This document shows, piece by piece, positions 1 to 9,800 of a stretch of 64,000 bases of DNA. Source of the stretch: Bacillota bacterium (lineage in GTDB: Bacteria; Bacillota; Desulfotomaculia; Desulfotomaculales; Desulfocucumaceae); NCBI GenBank assembly GCA_049325055.1, contig JBMOPB010000013.1:5120-69119 (forward strand). The letters are read 5' to 3'. Made by a program: the position numbers and the translations under genes. The notes beneath the pieces were generated by a model. It was not told the DNA's origin, did no database searches, and saw nothing but the letters and a program-made list of their open reading frames with translations. Each line of letters starts with the position of its first letter. Positions within the stretch are counted from its first letter, which is position 1.

Positions 1-248
1 CCACTGTGGCGGACTTGGCCGCGCGGCTGGCAAAGAAATAAAAATACTCCTGCAGTAGGGTGGGAGGGTGACTTTATTTAGCGGCGGAGGACTTGCTTTA
101 TTACGCACGGGACTCCGCTGTTTGTTTTATATCCCGGTTGGCTGTGTTTCCCGTGAAACAGTGGGCAGGGCTTTAAGGGCATGCAGGAACTTTTATAAAG
201 GTGGAGAAAAAGGGAAGGGAAAGTTCGGGAATCTCAGGAGGGAAATTC

Positions 249-1130
249 ATGACATTAGCCAGGGAAAAAACTGTTATAGGTTTTGTCGGCACCGGGGTTA
301 TGGGGAAGAGCATGGCAGGACACCTGATAAAGGGTGGATACCCGGTTGTTGTGTATAACCGCACGGCATCAAAGACAGAGGAACTTGTCAGGATGGGGGC
401 CGCCCGCGAGGACACGGTGGCCGGGCTGGCGGCAAGATGCAACGTTATAATCACCATGGTGGGCTTCCCGGCGGACGTGGAAGAGGTATACCTGGGCGAA
501 AAGGGTATTATCGCAAACGCCAGGCCGGGGACATACCTGATTGACATGACAACATCCTCCCCGGCTCTGGCCGAAAGGATTTACCGCGAGGCTGCGGCAA
601 GGGGATTAAGGGCGCTGGACGCCCCGGTCTCCGGCGGCGACGTGGGGGCCCGGGAGGCCAGGCTGGCCATCATGGTGGGCGGTGACAGGGAGGATTTTGA
701 GGCGGTGCTGCCTGTTTTCGGCCTGATGGGCAATAACATTGTCCTGCAGGGGAAGGCCGGGGCCGGCCAGCATACCAAGATGTGCAACCAGATTGTTATT
801 GCCTCCACCATGACGGGGGTCTGTGAGGGTATCGCCTATGCCAAGAAAGCCGGGCTTGACCCTTCCTCAGTACTGAAGAGCATCGAGACAGGGGCCGCAG
901 GTAACTGGTCGCTGAGCAACCTGGCTCCCAGAATGATTGCCGGTGATTTTGAACCGGGCTTTTACGTAAAGCACTTGATTAAAGACATGAATATCGCTCT
1001 GCAGGCGGCCGGGGAGATGGGGCTGGCGGCGCCCGGGCTGGAACTGGCCAGTTCCCTGTACCGGAAGCTTGCGGAAGAAGGGGAAGAAAACAGCGGCACC
1101 CATGCGTTGTTCAAGCTGTATGACAGGTGA
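249..1130 (+). CDS. NAD(P)-dependent beta-hydroxyacid dehydrogenase (3-hydroxyisobutyrate dehydrogenase / tartronate semialdehyde reductase family)
   Basis: ORF 201-1130. N-terminal Rossmann motif GFVGTGVMG. 6PGDH-type C-terminal helical domain. AGGAGGG RBS just upstream of ATG 249. Confidence 0.85.
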   Translation: MTLAREKTVIGFVGTGVMGKSMAGHLIKGGYPVVVYNRTASKTEELVRMGAAREDTVAGLAARCNVIITMVGFPADVEEVYLGEKGIIANARPGTYLIDMTTSSPALAERIYREAAARGLRALDAPVSGGDVGAREARLAIMVGGDREDFEAVLPVFGLMGNNIVLQGKAGAGQHTKMCNQIVIASTMTGVCEGIAYAKKAGLDPSSVLKSIETGAAGNWSLSNLAPRMIAGDFEPGFYVKHLIKDMNIALQAAGEMGLAAPGLELASSLYRKLAEEGEENSGTHALFKLYDR

Positions 1131-1171
1131 GCCATTCAGTTGAGGAAGAACATGTTAATTTAATCTGTGGT

Positions 1172-1217
1172 GTAAAAAAAAGCAAGGCCGCCCTGAAGGG
1201 GCGGCAGCTTCTTTTTT
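1172..1217. terminator. Bidirectional rho-independent terminator between convergent genes
   Basis: GC stem GCCGCCC/GGGCGGC with TGAA loop, flanked by an A-run on the left and a T-run on the right. Confidence 0.6.
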
Positions 1218-2022
1218 AAACCGTGTTTTTCTCTCCCTGACCGGCCAGTCGCCGGGATGCGTAGTCATGCAGGCGCATGCTGACCGCCCGGATATCTTCA
1301 GTGCCGGGCAGCAAGTCTATTAATGTTTTTATATAGCCGTTTTGTATTATTTCCGAGAGAGTATGGGAAAAGTTAATGTCGTAAACCCAGGAGAGGAGCA
1401 ATAGCTTCCTGTCGTTGAAATTCCTCACGTCTCCGTAGTTGCACCCTTCCCCCCGCAGCAGGTTTTCCACAAGTACCGGGGAGCAGCCCGGCGTGTCGGG
1501 CAGGCCGGACTCTATCACCGGGTCTGGGTCGCGGTTTTCACGGCAGTAATAAGATGTAAATGTATCAAGTATGTCAAGTTTGTCGGCGTCCCTGATAAGC
1601 CTCGTGAACAACAGTGTCCGGCTTTTCAGGTCCTCCGGAAGGTTAAAGCTGCCATGGTACTTCACGGCGGTGGTGATAATGTCCTTTTCCCCGCTGGCCA
1701 GGCTGTTCAAAACCCCGGACTTTTCAATCTCTTTAACCCCCAGAAGGGCGTGGTTTTCCGACCGGCGGTCGTTGAATGTGCGGTAAACATGATACTGCCT
1801 GAACCGACCCACGTCGTGCAGCAGGGCCACCGCTTCGGCCAGGAGGATGTCTTCGTCCGGCAAATCAAGGGATCCCGCTATACGGACGATGTTACCGCAG
1901 ACCCTGCCGGTGTGGTGCTCCTTAAATGTAACGGCTGCCTGTATTCCCGGGTCGCTGCTGTAAAATCCCCTGACGTAGCCGGCAAACCAGGAGTGCAGGT
2001 CATCCATCTGATCTTTAAGCAA
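1216..2022 (-). CDS. HD-domain metal-dependent phosphohydrolase
   Basis: 268 aa ORF with the H...HD signature (LLHDVGRF) and later conserved H/D residues. TTG start 7 nt after a GGAGG. Diverges from the bio operon. Confidence 0.75.
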   Translation of the reverse strand: MLKDQMDDLHSWFAGYVRGFYSSDPGIQAAVTFKEHHTGRVCGNIVRIAGSLDLPDEDILLAEAVALLHDVGRFRQYHVYRTFNDRRSENHALLGVKEIEKSGVLNSLASGEKDIITTAVKYHGSFNLPEDLKSRTLLFTRLIRDADKLDILDTFTSYYCRENRDPDPVIESGLPDTPGCSPVLVENLLRGEGCNYGDVRNFNDRKLLLLSWVYDINFSHTLSEIIQNGYIKTLIDLLPGTEDIRAVSMRLHDYASRRLAGQGEKNTV

Positions 2023-2157
2023 ATCATGGCCTCCTTTTCTCTGTTTGCAATGTAATATGCTTTTCTATAACTCCGGTATTAATCCCTTCCTGAAATATAT
2101 TGCATATATAAACAAACAAAGCACTTTTCCGGGGGCACTCCCTGTGTTATTATCATA

Positions 2158-2189
2158 TTGTCAACCTATACGGAATAGGTGGTTAACGT
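2158..2189 (+). promoter_or_regulatory. Candidate BirA operator (biotin operon repressor site)
   Basis: TTGTCAACC-N14-GGTTAACGT imperfect palindrome 20 nt upstream of the bioA start. It resembles the TGTTAACC-N14-16-GGTTAACA BirA box, recalled from memory for Bacillus/Clostridium. Confidence 0.5.
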
Positions 2190-2207
2190 TTCCGGGGAGG
2201 GTAAAGT

Positions 2208-3572
2208 ATGAATCCACAGGAGTCCATTTACCGGGAATTGGCTGAAAAAGACAAGAGGTATGTGTGGCATCCTTTCACCCAGATGAAGGACTACCTGGCC
2301 GATGACCCGGTCATAGTCGCCGGGGGCCAGGGGAGGAAGCTGTACGACGTGTTGGGAAACCAGTACTGGGACGGGGTTTCTTCCATCTGGCTGAACGTAC
2401 ACGGACACCAGGTGCCGGAACTGGACAGGGCCATCCGGGAGCAACTGGGGCTGATTGCCCATTCCACCCTGCTGGGGATGGGTAATATACCATCCATACT
2501 GCTGGCCGAACAAATCATTCAAATTATGCCTGACGGCCTTGCCAAGGTGTTTTATTCCGACAACGGAGCCACATCGGTGGAAATCGCCGTTAAAATGGCT
2601 TTTCAGTACTGGCAGCACAGGGGCCGGCCGGAGAAAAAGCGTTTCATAACCATGAATGAAGCCTACCACGGAGATACCATCGGAGCGGTGTCCGTAGGGG
2701 CCATCGACCTCTTTCACCAGGCCTTCTCGCCACTTTTGTTCCCTGCCATTAAAGTCCCGTATCCCAATGTATACCGGTCAGAGTTCAGTGAAGACCCCGG
2801 GAAGGTGTCGGAGGTACACCTGCGGCATCTGGAGAGGGCTCTGACAGATCACGCGGACGAGGTGGCCGCCGTCATCGTGGAGCCCATCGTACAGGGCGCC
2901 GGCGGGATAATTGTAATGCCGGAGGGGTTTTTAAGGGGGATGAGGGATCTTTGTACCCGTTATAATGTATTGATGATAGCGGATGAGGTGGCCACCGGGT
3001 TCGGCCGGACAGGGGCCATGTTTGCCTGTCAGCACGAAGGGGTGACCCCAGACATAATGACGGCCGGCAAGGGGATTACCGGAGGGTATCTCCCCCTGGC
3101 CGTCACGGTTACCACCGACGAGATTTACAATGCATTTCTCGGCGATTACGAAGAGAAAAGAACATTTTTCCACGGCCACAGCTATACCGGCAACCAGTTG
3201 GGGTGCGCCGTGGCGCTGGCCAACCTGGATCTTTTCCGGAAAAACGATCTTGTCAACGAGGTGGCACGCAAGTCCGTCAGCTTAAGCCGGCGGCTGAGAC
3301 CGTTATACAATTTACCCCATGTGGGGGATGTGAGGCAGAAGGGGTTCATGACCGGTATAGAGCTGGTGGTGGACAGGAATACCAAGGAGCCCTACCCCTG
3401 GGCCGAGCGGATTGGCGTCCGCGTCTCAAGGCGGGCTCGGGAACTGGGGATGCTGACCCGACCGCTGGGCAACGTTATAGTCTTCATGCCCCCTCTGGCA
3501 TCCACAGTTGAGGAACTGGACACCATGACGGACATTCTTTATCGTGCTATAGCCGATGTTACCGGGGAATAG
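2208..3572 (+). CDS. bioA: Adenosylmethionine-8-amino-7-oxononanoate aminotransferase
   Basis: 454 aa class-III PLP aminotransferase. Characteristic N-terminus (YVWHPFTQM) and the [12 protein letters not shown] motif. Sits in a bio gene context. Confidence 0.93.
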   Translation: MNPQESIYRELAEKDKRYVWHPFTQMKDYLADDPVIVAGGQGRKLYDVLGNQYWDGVSSIWLNVHGHQVPELDRAIREQLGLIAHSTLLGMGNIPSILLAEQIIQIMPDGLAKVFYSDNGATSVEIAVKMAFQYWQHRGRPEKKRFITMNEAYHGDTIGAVSVGAIDLFHQAFSPLLFPAIKVPYPNVYRSEFSEDPGKVSEVHLRHLERALTDHADEVAAVIVEPIVQGAGGIIVMPEGFLRGMRDLCTRYNVLMIADEVATGFGRTGAMFACQHEGVTPDIMTAGKGITGGYLPLAVTVTTDEIYNAFLGDYEEKRTFFHGHSYTGNQLGCAVALANLDLFRKNDLVNEVARKSVSLSRRLRPLYNLPHVGDVRQKGFMTGIELVVDRNTKEPYPWAERIGVRVSRRARELGMLTRPLGNVIVFMPPLASTVEELDTMTDILYRAIADVTGE

Positions 3573-3595
3573 CCGGGCAAAAGGGAGGTGCCGGT

Positions 3596-4306
3596 TTGAG
3601 CGGGTTTTTCGTAACAGCCACCGACACCGGGGTGGGAAAAACACTGGTTGCCGGCGGATTGGCCGGGGCGTTTCGCCGCCGGGGAATTGATACAGGAGTG
3701 TATAAGCCGGTTCAGAGCGGCCACCAGGTTGGTCACCCCGAAGGGGACGCTGTACGGCTGCGCTACCTTTCCGGTGTGGGGGATGACGTGGAAATTATCT
3801 GCCCCTATGCCGCGGAGGAGCCTCTGGCGCCGTTGCTGGCATTGCGGAGGGCGGGGATTACCGTAAAGCTGGCCGATATAGCCGGGGGATATGAAGCCCT
3901 TAAAAGAAAGCATTCTTATTTATTAGTGGAGGGGGCGGGGGGGCTGGCCGTTCCTTATGCTGAGGACGGCCTGGTGGCGGACGCTGCAGTGATGCTGGGT
4001 TTGCCGCTGGTGGTGGTGGCCCGTCCGGGACTGGGTACGGTGAACCACACACTGCTCACAGTTGATTATGCCCGGCGGCGCGGGCTGGAAATCGCCGGGG
4101 TGATATTTTCGGGCCAGGGCCGGGACCCTGCGGGGTTGGCGGAGAAGACCAACGCCGGGATGATCACCCGTTACGGGAACGTGCCCTTCCTGGGCTCGCT
4201 GCCCTGGATGGGAGAAAACCCTGGGCGGGATGAAATAATTGCCGCGCTGGAGGAATGGATTGACCTGGAGACGTTAATTGCCTGTCTGACACGGTTCGAA
4301 GGATAG
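3596..4306 (+). CDS. bioD: Dethiobiotin synthase
   Basis: 236 aa. P-loop TDTGVGKT near the N-terminus. TTG start after GGGAGG. Lies between bioA and bioF. Confidence 0.9.
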   Translation: MSGFFVTATDTGVGKTLVAGGLAGAFRRRGIDTGVYKPVQSGHQVGHPEGDAVRLRYLSGVGDDVEIICPYAAEEPLAPLLALRRAGITVKLADIAGGYEALKRKHSYLLVEGAGGLAVPYAEDGLVADAAVMLGLPLVVVARPGLGTVNHTLLTVDYARRRGLEIAGVIFSGQGRDPAGLAEKTNAGMITRYGNVPFLGSLPWMGENPGRDEIIAALEEWIDLETLIACLTRFEG

Positions 4307-4316
4307 AAGGGAGAAT

Positions 4317-5498
4317 ATGGTGTCCTGGATGGCTGAATTGCAGGAAGAACTGGAAAAGCTGGATCGTGCGGCCCGGAGGAGAAGCCTGTTGGAGGTTGAC
4401 GGGGCGCAGGAACCCTGGCTGAGGATTAACGGCCGCAGTATGCTTAATCTGTCGTCCAACAATTACCTGGGTCTGGCCGGGGATGAGAGGATTAAAAGGG
4501 CAGCCGTCGAGGCACTGGAAAAACACGGCGCCGGGGCCACCGCATCAAGGCTGGTGGTTGGCAACCACCCCGCATACCGGGCTGCTGAATCTGCTCTGGT
4601 ACGGTGGAAGGGTGCCGGGGGCGGTCTTATATTCAACAGCGGCTACGCGGCCAATACAGGCATTATACAGGCCGTGGCGGGGAAGGATACGGCTGTTTTC
4701 AGCGATAAGCTCAACCATGCCAGCATAATAGACGGCATCATTTTAAGCAGGGCTGAAAAAATCCGTTACCGCCACAACGACCTGGACCACCTTGAATGGC
4801 TGATCAAAAAAACTCACCCGGACAGGAGAAAGCTGATTGTCACCGACTCCGTCTTCAGCATGGACGGCGATGTGGCCTGCCTGGAGGGGCTGGTGGATAT
4901 TAAAGAGCGCTACAATTCCATCCTGATGGTGGACGAAGCCCACTCCAGCGGTGTTTACGGCCGCCGGGGCGAGGGTATGGCTCATCACCTGGGGCTGCAG
5001 GACAAAGTTGATGTCCAGATGGGGACGTTCAGCAAGGCGCTTGGATCTTTCGGCGCTTATGTTGTTGGCAGTCATTGGCTGATTGACTACCTTGTGAACA
5101 AAGCCAGAAGTTTTATATTTACCACCGCTATGCCCCCCGCCGTTCTGGGGGCCATAGAAGCCGCCATAAATATTGTTTCGGAGGATAGTTCCCTCCGCAA
5201 GAATCTTTCAGACAACAGCCGGTATTTCCGCACCGCCCTGTCCCGGCTTGGGTTTGACACCTGCGGCAGCCAGTCGCAGATCGTTCCCATCGTAATAGGG
5301 CCCGACGAAAAAACGGTGCTGTTCAGCCGGCGGTTGCAGGAGGAAGGGATCGCCGCAGTGGCCATCCGGCCGCCCACGGTTCCCGAAAACACGGCTAGAA
5401 TACGCTTCAGCGTCACGGCGGCCCACCGGCGGCAGGATCTGGAATGGGCCGTCGACAGGATAGCATGCGTAGGCAGGCAGATGGGGGTAATATCATGA
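4317..5498 (+). CDS. bioF: 8-amino-7-oxononanoate synthase
   Basis: 393 aa alpha-oxoamine synthase family. PLP-lysine context GTFSKALGSFG. NNYLGL motif. Confidence 0.92.
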   Translation: MVSWMAELQEELEKLDRAARRRSLLEVDGAQEPWLRINGRSMLNLSSNNYLGLAGDERIKRAAVEALEKHGAGATASRLVVGNHPAYRAAESALVRWKGAGGGLIFNSGYAANTGIIQAVAGKDTAVFSDKLNHASIIDGIILSRAEKIRYRHNDLDHLEWLIKKTHPDRRKLIVTDSVFSMDGDVACLEGLVDIKERYNSILMVDEAHSSGVYGRRGEGMAHHLGLQDKVDVQMGTFSKALGSFGAYVVGSHWLIDYLVNKARSFIFTTAMPPAVLGAIEAAINIVSEDSSLRKNLSDNSRYFRTALSRLGFDTCGSQSQIVPIVIGPDEKTVLFSRRLQEEGIAAVAIRPPTVPENTARIRFSVTAAHRRQDLEWAVDRIACVGRQMGVIS

Positions 5499-6247
5499 GT
5501 ATGGAGGATCTTATACTGCTGCCGGGGTGGGGGATGGAGATGCCGGCATGGTCTTCCATCCTTAAAGGCCTGGCTGATGTCTTCAGGCTTCATTTTGTTG
5601 AATGGAACGGTATGAGATCCACAGGCTGTTTCAGGGAAAGGGTCATGCGGTTGGCGGACGGGCGGGGAATGCAGTCTTTTTCCATACTGGGGTGGTCTCT
5701 GGGTTCCCTTGTGGCGCTGGATATAGCCTGCTCATACCCGCTGCGGGTTAACCAGCTTATTTTACTGGGAGGCACCAGCCGTTTCACCGTGGATGAATCC
5801 GGAGAATACAGGGCCGGCTGGCCACGGGAAATAGTGGAGAGGTTGAAGGTCCGCCTGGCCAGGGACAGTGAGAGGACTTTGCAATCCTTTTACCGTTCTA
5901 TGTTTTCCCCCGGGGAGCTGGAAAAGGGGGATCTGGAAAGGTTTTTGAAATCCGCAGTTCAGCGCTTCCGGGGCGTTGAAGAGGGTTCTCTGCTGGCGGG
6001 ACTGGATTACCTGGTGGAGGCGGACTATCGGGGAAGGATGGAAGAAATACAGTCACCGGCGCTGTTCATTCACGGTGAGGAAGACCTTGTATGTCCTCCC
6101 GCAGCATCCCGTTACATGGCGGGCAGGATCAGGGCCAAGGCCGGTTTAAGGTTAATCCCCGGCTGCGGACATCTCCCGCACTTTACCCGGGCGAACCGGT
6201 GCCTGAAATGGATAAAAGAGTTTACCGGGGTGGGGAAAATTGATTGA
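5495..6247 (+). CDS. bioH: Alpha/beta hydrolase, BioH-like pimeloyl-ACP methyl ester esterase
   Basis: ORF 5444-6247. ATG 5495 overlaps the bioF stop (ATGA). LPGWG, nucleophile elbow GWSLG and C-terminal GCGHLPH motifs. Position between bioF and bioC. Confidence 0.75.
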   Translation: MSMEDLILLPGWGMEMPAWSSILKGLADVFRLHFVEWNGMRSTGCFRERVMRLADGRGMQSFSILGWSLGSLVALDIACSYPLRVNQLILLGGTSRFTVDESGEYRAGWPREIVERLKVRLARDSERTLQSFYRSMFSPGELEKGDLERFLKSAVQRFRGVEEGSLLAGLDYLVEADYRGRMEEIQSPALFIHGEEDLVCPPAASRYMAGRIRAKAGLRLIPGCGHLPHFTRANRCLKWIKEFTGVGKID

Positions 6248-7097
6248 CAAGAAGCTGTTGAAAAAAAGGTTCAGTCAAAATGCCGCTACCTATGACCGCT
6301 ACGCCGGGGTACAAAAAAGGATGGCCCACCGGCTTATGGCGGAAATAGATCTGGAAAAACGGGAAAAAACGGAAGGGATGAGAATACTGGAGGTCGGCTG
6401 CGGAACGGGCTACCTGACCGGTATGTTGTGCCGCTGTTTTCCAGGCGCCCGCATCACCGCCGTGGATATTGCCCCGGGTATGATTGAGGTGGCGAAGAAG
6501 CGTACAGCCGGTCATCCGGTCAATTTTTGCTGCGGCGATATCGAGGAATTGACCCCGGAGGGGGAGTATGAACTGGTCGTCTCCAACGCCACATTTCAAT
6601 GGCTCAATCACCCGGGCAGAACCATAAAGAGACTTTTTTCCCTCCTCGGGGACGGGGGAATGCTTGCTTTTTCAACCTTCGGCAGTTTGACCTTTAATGA
6701 GCTGCATACCTCCTTTGAAAGGGCCGCCGCCAACCTGGGGGGCGGATCCAGCGCCCCGCCGGGGCTATCCTTTTTTTCGCTGGAGGATATGATCGGTGTT
6801 TGCCGGCGTTTTATGGCGGGCTCCAGCGAAACGCCGTTCGCCGTTACCGGAAAGGAATGTCTTGAAATTGACACATTTCCATCGGTGCGGGATTTTCTCG
6901 CCTCTGTGAAAAAAATCGGCGCCGGCAACGCAAGCCCTGACCGGTACTGCCTCCGCCCGGCGCTGTTAAAGGAAATGATGAGAATTTACCAGAACGATTT
7001 CAGCCGGGGAAACAAGGTCAGGGCAACCTATCACTGCCTGTTTATAGTGGTACATAAACAAGCTACCCTGAAAGTGGCTGTAGGCTATAAGCTATAA
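6240..7097 (+). CDS. bioC: Malonyl-ACP O-methyltransferase
   Basis: 285 aa. SAM motif ILEVGCGTGYLT and N-terminal FSQNAATYDRYAGVQ typical of BioC. 8-nt overlap with the bioH end. Confidence 0.85.
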   Translation: MIDKKLLKKRFSQNAATYDRYAGVQKRMAHRLMAEIDLEKREKTEGMRILEVGCGTGYLTGMLCRCFPGARITAVDIAPGMIEVAKKRTAGHPVNFCCGDIEELTPEGEYELVVSNATFQWLNHPGRTIKRLFSLLGDGGMLAFSTFGSLTFNELHTSFERAAANLGGGSSAPPGLSFFSLEDMIGVCRRFMAGSSETPFAVTGKECLEIDTFPSVRDFLASVKKIGAGNASPDRYCLRPALLKEMMRIYQNDFSRGNKVRATYHCLFIVVHKQATLKVAVGYKL

Positions 7098-7121
7098 GCG
7101 CCGCCAGCGCTTTGCCCGCCG

Positions 7122-7152
7122 ATAACTCGAACATCGAACTTCCAACTTCGAG
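7122..7152. repeat. Heptad-periodic repeat (CTCGAAC ATCGAAC TTCCAAC TTCGAGG)
   Basis: Four tandem degenerate heptamers. The ends CTCGAA/TTCGAG are complementary. Shares ACTTCCAACTTC with the 10.2 kb element. Preceded by a GCTATAA GCTATAA duplication at the bioC stop. Confidence 0.45.
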
Positions 7153-7198
7153 GAAAGGGCGCCCTTTTGCTGGAGAAACTGTAAATAGTTAAAAGTGC

Positions 7199-7227
7199 TT
7201 GCAATTGGCCATAATTCGATGTATAAT
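7199..7227 (+). promoter_or_regulatory. Sigma-A-type promoter upstream of tRNA-Ser/SRP RNA
   Basis: TTGCAA (7199-7204), 17 nt spacer, TATAAT (7222-7227). Confidence 0.55.
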
Positions 7228-7305
7228 AATTTTCGCCGGTTGCGGGATTGTGATCTCCGGCCGGTTTTATAAATAAAGAGAATATCTTTGCTGGTGTGAG
7301 TCCAC

Positions 7306-7395
7306 GGAGAGATGGCCGAGTGGATGAAGGCGCACGCCTGGAGAGCGTGTGAACGGGGAACCGTTTCGCGAGTTCGAATCTCGCTCTCTCCGCCA
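7306..7395 (+). tRNA. tRNA-Ser (anticodon GGA), CCA encoded
   Basis: Hand-folded cloverleaf. Acceptor GGAGAGA/TCTCTCC. Anticodon stem CACGC/GCGTG with loop CTGGAGA. Long variable arm. T-arm GCGAG-TTCGAAT-CTCGC. 3-prime GCCA. Confidence 0.9.
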
Positions 7396-7411
7396 GTTTT
7401 TTTTTATTTTT

Positions 7412-7680
7412 GGCCGTGCTAGACGGGGAGCTGGCGGTGCCCTGAACCCGCAAACCGCTGTAGCGGGGTTGAATTCCCACCCCCGGGTTTAGCTTGTGGG
7501 GTCTGGCCCTTGTAAGGGGTGTTGACGATCGGGTCTTGCGCGACGGAGACTCCTGAACCGTGTCAGGTCCTGGCGGAAGCAGCACTAAGGGATGCACTGC
7601 GGGTGCCGCAAGGGTGCCTGGTCTGAGCTACCTGCAGGGGTAACGCCCGGAAGTTATTATTCAAAGGTGGGTGCGCGGCC
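7412..7680 (+). ncRNA. ffs: Signal recognition particle RNA, long Bacillus-type (scRNA)
   Basis: Strong similarity to the recalled B. subtilis scRNA: GCCGTGCTA..GGGGAG..GCGGTGCCCTG, GTGTTGACG, CATGAACC.TGTCAGGTCC.G.GGAAGCAGCA, GTGCCGCA.GG.TGCCTGG. The 5-prime and 3-prime ends pair. Classic position directly upstream of dnaX. Confidence 0.9.
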
Positions 7681-7909
7681 TTAAATTTTAAATTATAATG
7701 ACAGGAGCTGTAATGCGAAAATTACTGCTCTTTTTTGCTTTTCGGAATAATTTGGGGCACAATATTATTATATCGGCCGGGCCGGGACTGGCCGGGCAAA
7801 TAAAAGGAAATATTTCTTTTTCGGCGAAAATAGATAAAGCTGTAAGCCTTCGGGCTGCGGCCGGTGATTGTTGTAGTAAACCGGTATGCCCGGTGGTGGG
7901 GGTGTTGCG

Positions 7910-9742
7910 ATGACATACACGGCCCTGTACAGGGAGTGGCGGCCCCGGACATTTACGGAAGTGGTGGGGCAGGAACATATTGTGCGGACCCTTGTAAACG
8001 CCCTCAGGGGGGGAAGGCTGTCCCATGCCTACCTGTTTTGCGGCCCCAGGGGGACGGGCAAAACAAGCATCGCCAAAATACTGGCCAGGGCGGCCAACTG
8101 CCGGCAGCCGGAAGAGGGAAACCCCTGCGGGCGCTGCCACCCGTGCCGCGATATCGAGGCAGGGACTTCCATGGATGTGACCGAGATTGACGCCGCCTCA
8201 AACCGAGGGATTGACGAGGTGCGGGATCTCAGGGAAAAAATAAAATTCGCCCCTTCCGGGGGAAGGTTCAGGGTTTTTATAATAGACGAGGTGCACATGC
8301 TCACCAATGAGGCCTTCAATGCGCTTTTAAAGACACTGGAGGAGCCTCCCGGGCATGCCATGTTCATACTGGCCACCACCGAGCCGCACAGGGTTCCCCT
8401 TACCATACTTTCCCGCTGCCAGAGGTTTGACTTCCACCGAATAGGGGAGCGGGAAATGACCGGGCGCATAAGGGCTGTGGCTAAAGGGTCGGGAATAGAG
8501 ATTGACCAGGCGGCGGTGGACCTGATTGTAAGGGCCTCCGAGGGCGGGATGAGGGACGCCCTGGGCATTCTGGACCAGGCGGCGGCTTACGGCGCCAACA
8601 GGGTTGGAGTGGACGAAATACACAGCATACTGGGAACAGTAAGGGAGGATCTGTTAAAGAGCGTTGTTTCAGGACTGGTTGAGGGCCGGGCGGGAGAAGT
8701 GCTGGAAATTATTGGCAACATATCCGACCGGGGCAAGGACTTGCGGATTTTCCTCAAAGACCTGAACTCCTACATTCGCGGGCTTATGCTTGACAAATTG
8801 AATACGGCGGAACCGGGAGACCGGGAAATCGACCGGCTTTCACGGGTTATAGCAGGTCTTGCCAGGGCCGACCAGGATATGCGTTGGAGCAGTCAGCCCC
8901 GCATACTGCTGGAGGTTGCCCTGGTCCGGGCGGCCAGGACCCTGGCTGACGGAGAAAGCTCTGCAGGCAATGAACAGTTGGGGGAGCTTGTGGCCAGGGT
9001 AAGGGAAGTGGAGGCCCTTATGGCAAAAATGGCTGGCAGGGTAAGGGACGCGCAGCCTGAAAAAACGGAAGAAGATCCAATCGATTACCGGCCTGCCGGA
9101 TCTGCTGGGAGGTTTTTCGGTCCGGTGACCGCCGGTGGTGCAGCCGGTGAGTCTCACGGAACCCGGCAGGAGGCCCGGGCTGCTGAAACTGTCCGGGACA
9201 GGGGCCGGCCCGCCCGTGTGACGAAGGCGCCCGCGGCAGCCGCCGTTCCCGCAAAATTGGTTGATCCGGCGCCGGATGTACAACCCGCCGCACAAAAGAA
9301 TATCGCGGCTAAAAATGACAATATTGTCACAAACAAAAACTCCCCGCCCGCCGGCGAGGTGTTGAAAAAAATAGAATCCAGGTGGAATGATATTCTGGAG
9401 ACCGCCCGGAAGGTGTATCCAAACATAGCGACCCATCTTACCCAGGGAAAGGGGTGGCCCCTTGAAGTTGAAGGGAACACTCTTACCGTCGCTTTTCCAA
9501 GGTCAGAACCCTATACTCCCCTGGCGGTGAGAATACTGGAGTCGGAAATAAACCGCAAGGAGCTGTCCGAACTTATAAAATCGGTATGCAGGGAGGACCT
9601 GAGGGTGCGCCTGGTGGAGGCTGACGGCAAACCGCCCCGGAAAGCCGGGCCGCCGAAGAAAACAGTCCGCCCCGACGATGTTGAGGCACTTTTCGGTGAG
9701 GGGGAGGAAGTTTCCGGGGAAGATTTTCAGTTTGACTCATAA
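7910..9742 (+). CDS. dnaX: DNA polymerase III subunits gamma/tau
   Basis: ORF 7886-9742. The start MTYTALYREWRPRTF matches DnaX N-termini. Walker A GPRGTGKTS. Zinc module CxxC..CxxC. SRC motif ILSRCQRF. Confidence 0.95.
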   Translation: MTYTALYREWRPRTFTEVVGQEHIVRTLVNALRGGRLSHAYLFCGPRGTGKTSIAKILARAANCRQPEEGNPCGRCHPCRDIEAGTSMDVTEIDAASNRGIDEVRDLREKIKFAPSGGRFRVFIIDEVHMLTNEAFNALLKTLEEPPGHAMFILATTEPHRVPLTILSRCQRFDFHRIGEREMTGRIRAVAKGSGIEIDQAAVDLIVRASEGGMRDALGILDQAAAYGANRVGVDEIHSILGTVREDLLKSVVSGLVEGRAGEVLEIIGNISDRGKDLRIFLKDLNSYIRGLMLDKLNTAEPGDREIDRLSRVIAGLARADQDMRWSSQPRILLEVALVRAARTLADGESSAGNEQLGELVARVREVEALMAKMAGRVRDAQPEKTEEDPIDYRPAGSAGRFFGPVTAGGAAGESHGTRQEARAAETVRDRGRPARVTKAPAAAAVPAKLVDPAPDVQPAAQKNIAAKNDNIVTNKNSPPAGEVLKKIESRWNDILETARKVYPNIATHLTQGKGWPLEVEGNTLTVAFPRSEPYTPLAVRILESEINRKELSELIKSVCREDLRVRLVEADGKPPRKAGPPKKTVRPDDVEALFGEGEEVSGEDFQFDS

Positions 9743-9800
9743 AATGTGATAGCTTCTTTTATTTAATGATATAAAAAATGAATACGGGAGGTAATCGATT

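Noticed and set aside
1-41. Open frame running from the window edge to TAA at 39-41 (…TVADLAARLAKK*)
   Set aside because: It is probably the 3-prime end of an upstream gene, but 13 codons are too few to identify or support it.
7085-7597. 170-aa minus-strand ORF
   Set aside because: It spans tRNA-Ser and half of the SRP RNA on the opposite strand. The RNA genes fully explain the region.
7688-8140. ORFs 7688-8140 (-), 7698-7913 (+) and 7722-7952 (-) in the SRP RNA-dnaX spacer
   Set aside because: They have no RBS, odd composition and mutual overlap, and they overlap the dnaX 5-prime end. I treat the spacer as the dnaX leader.
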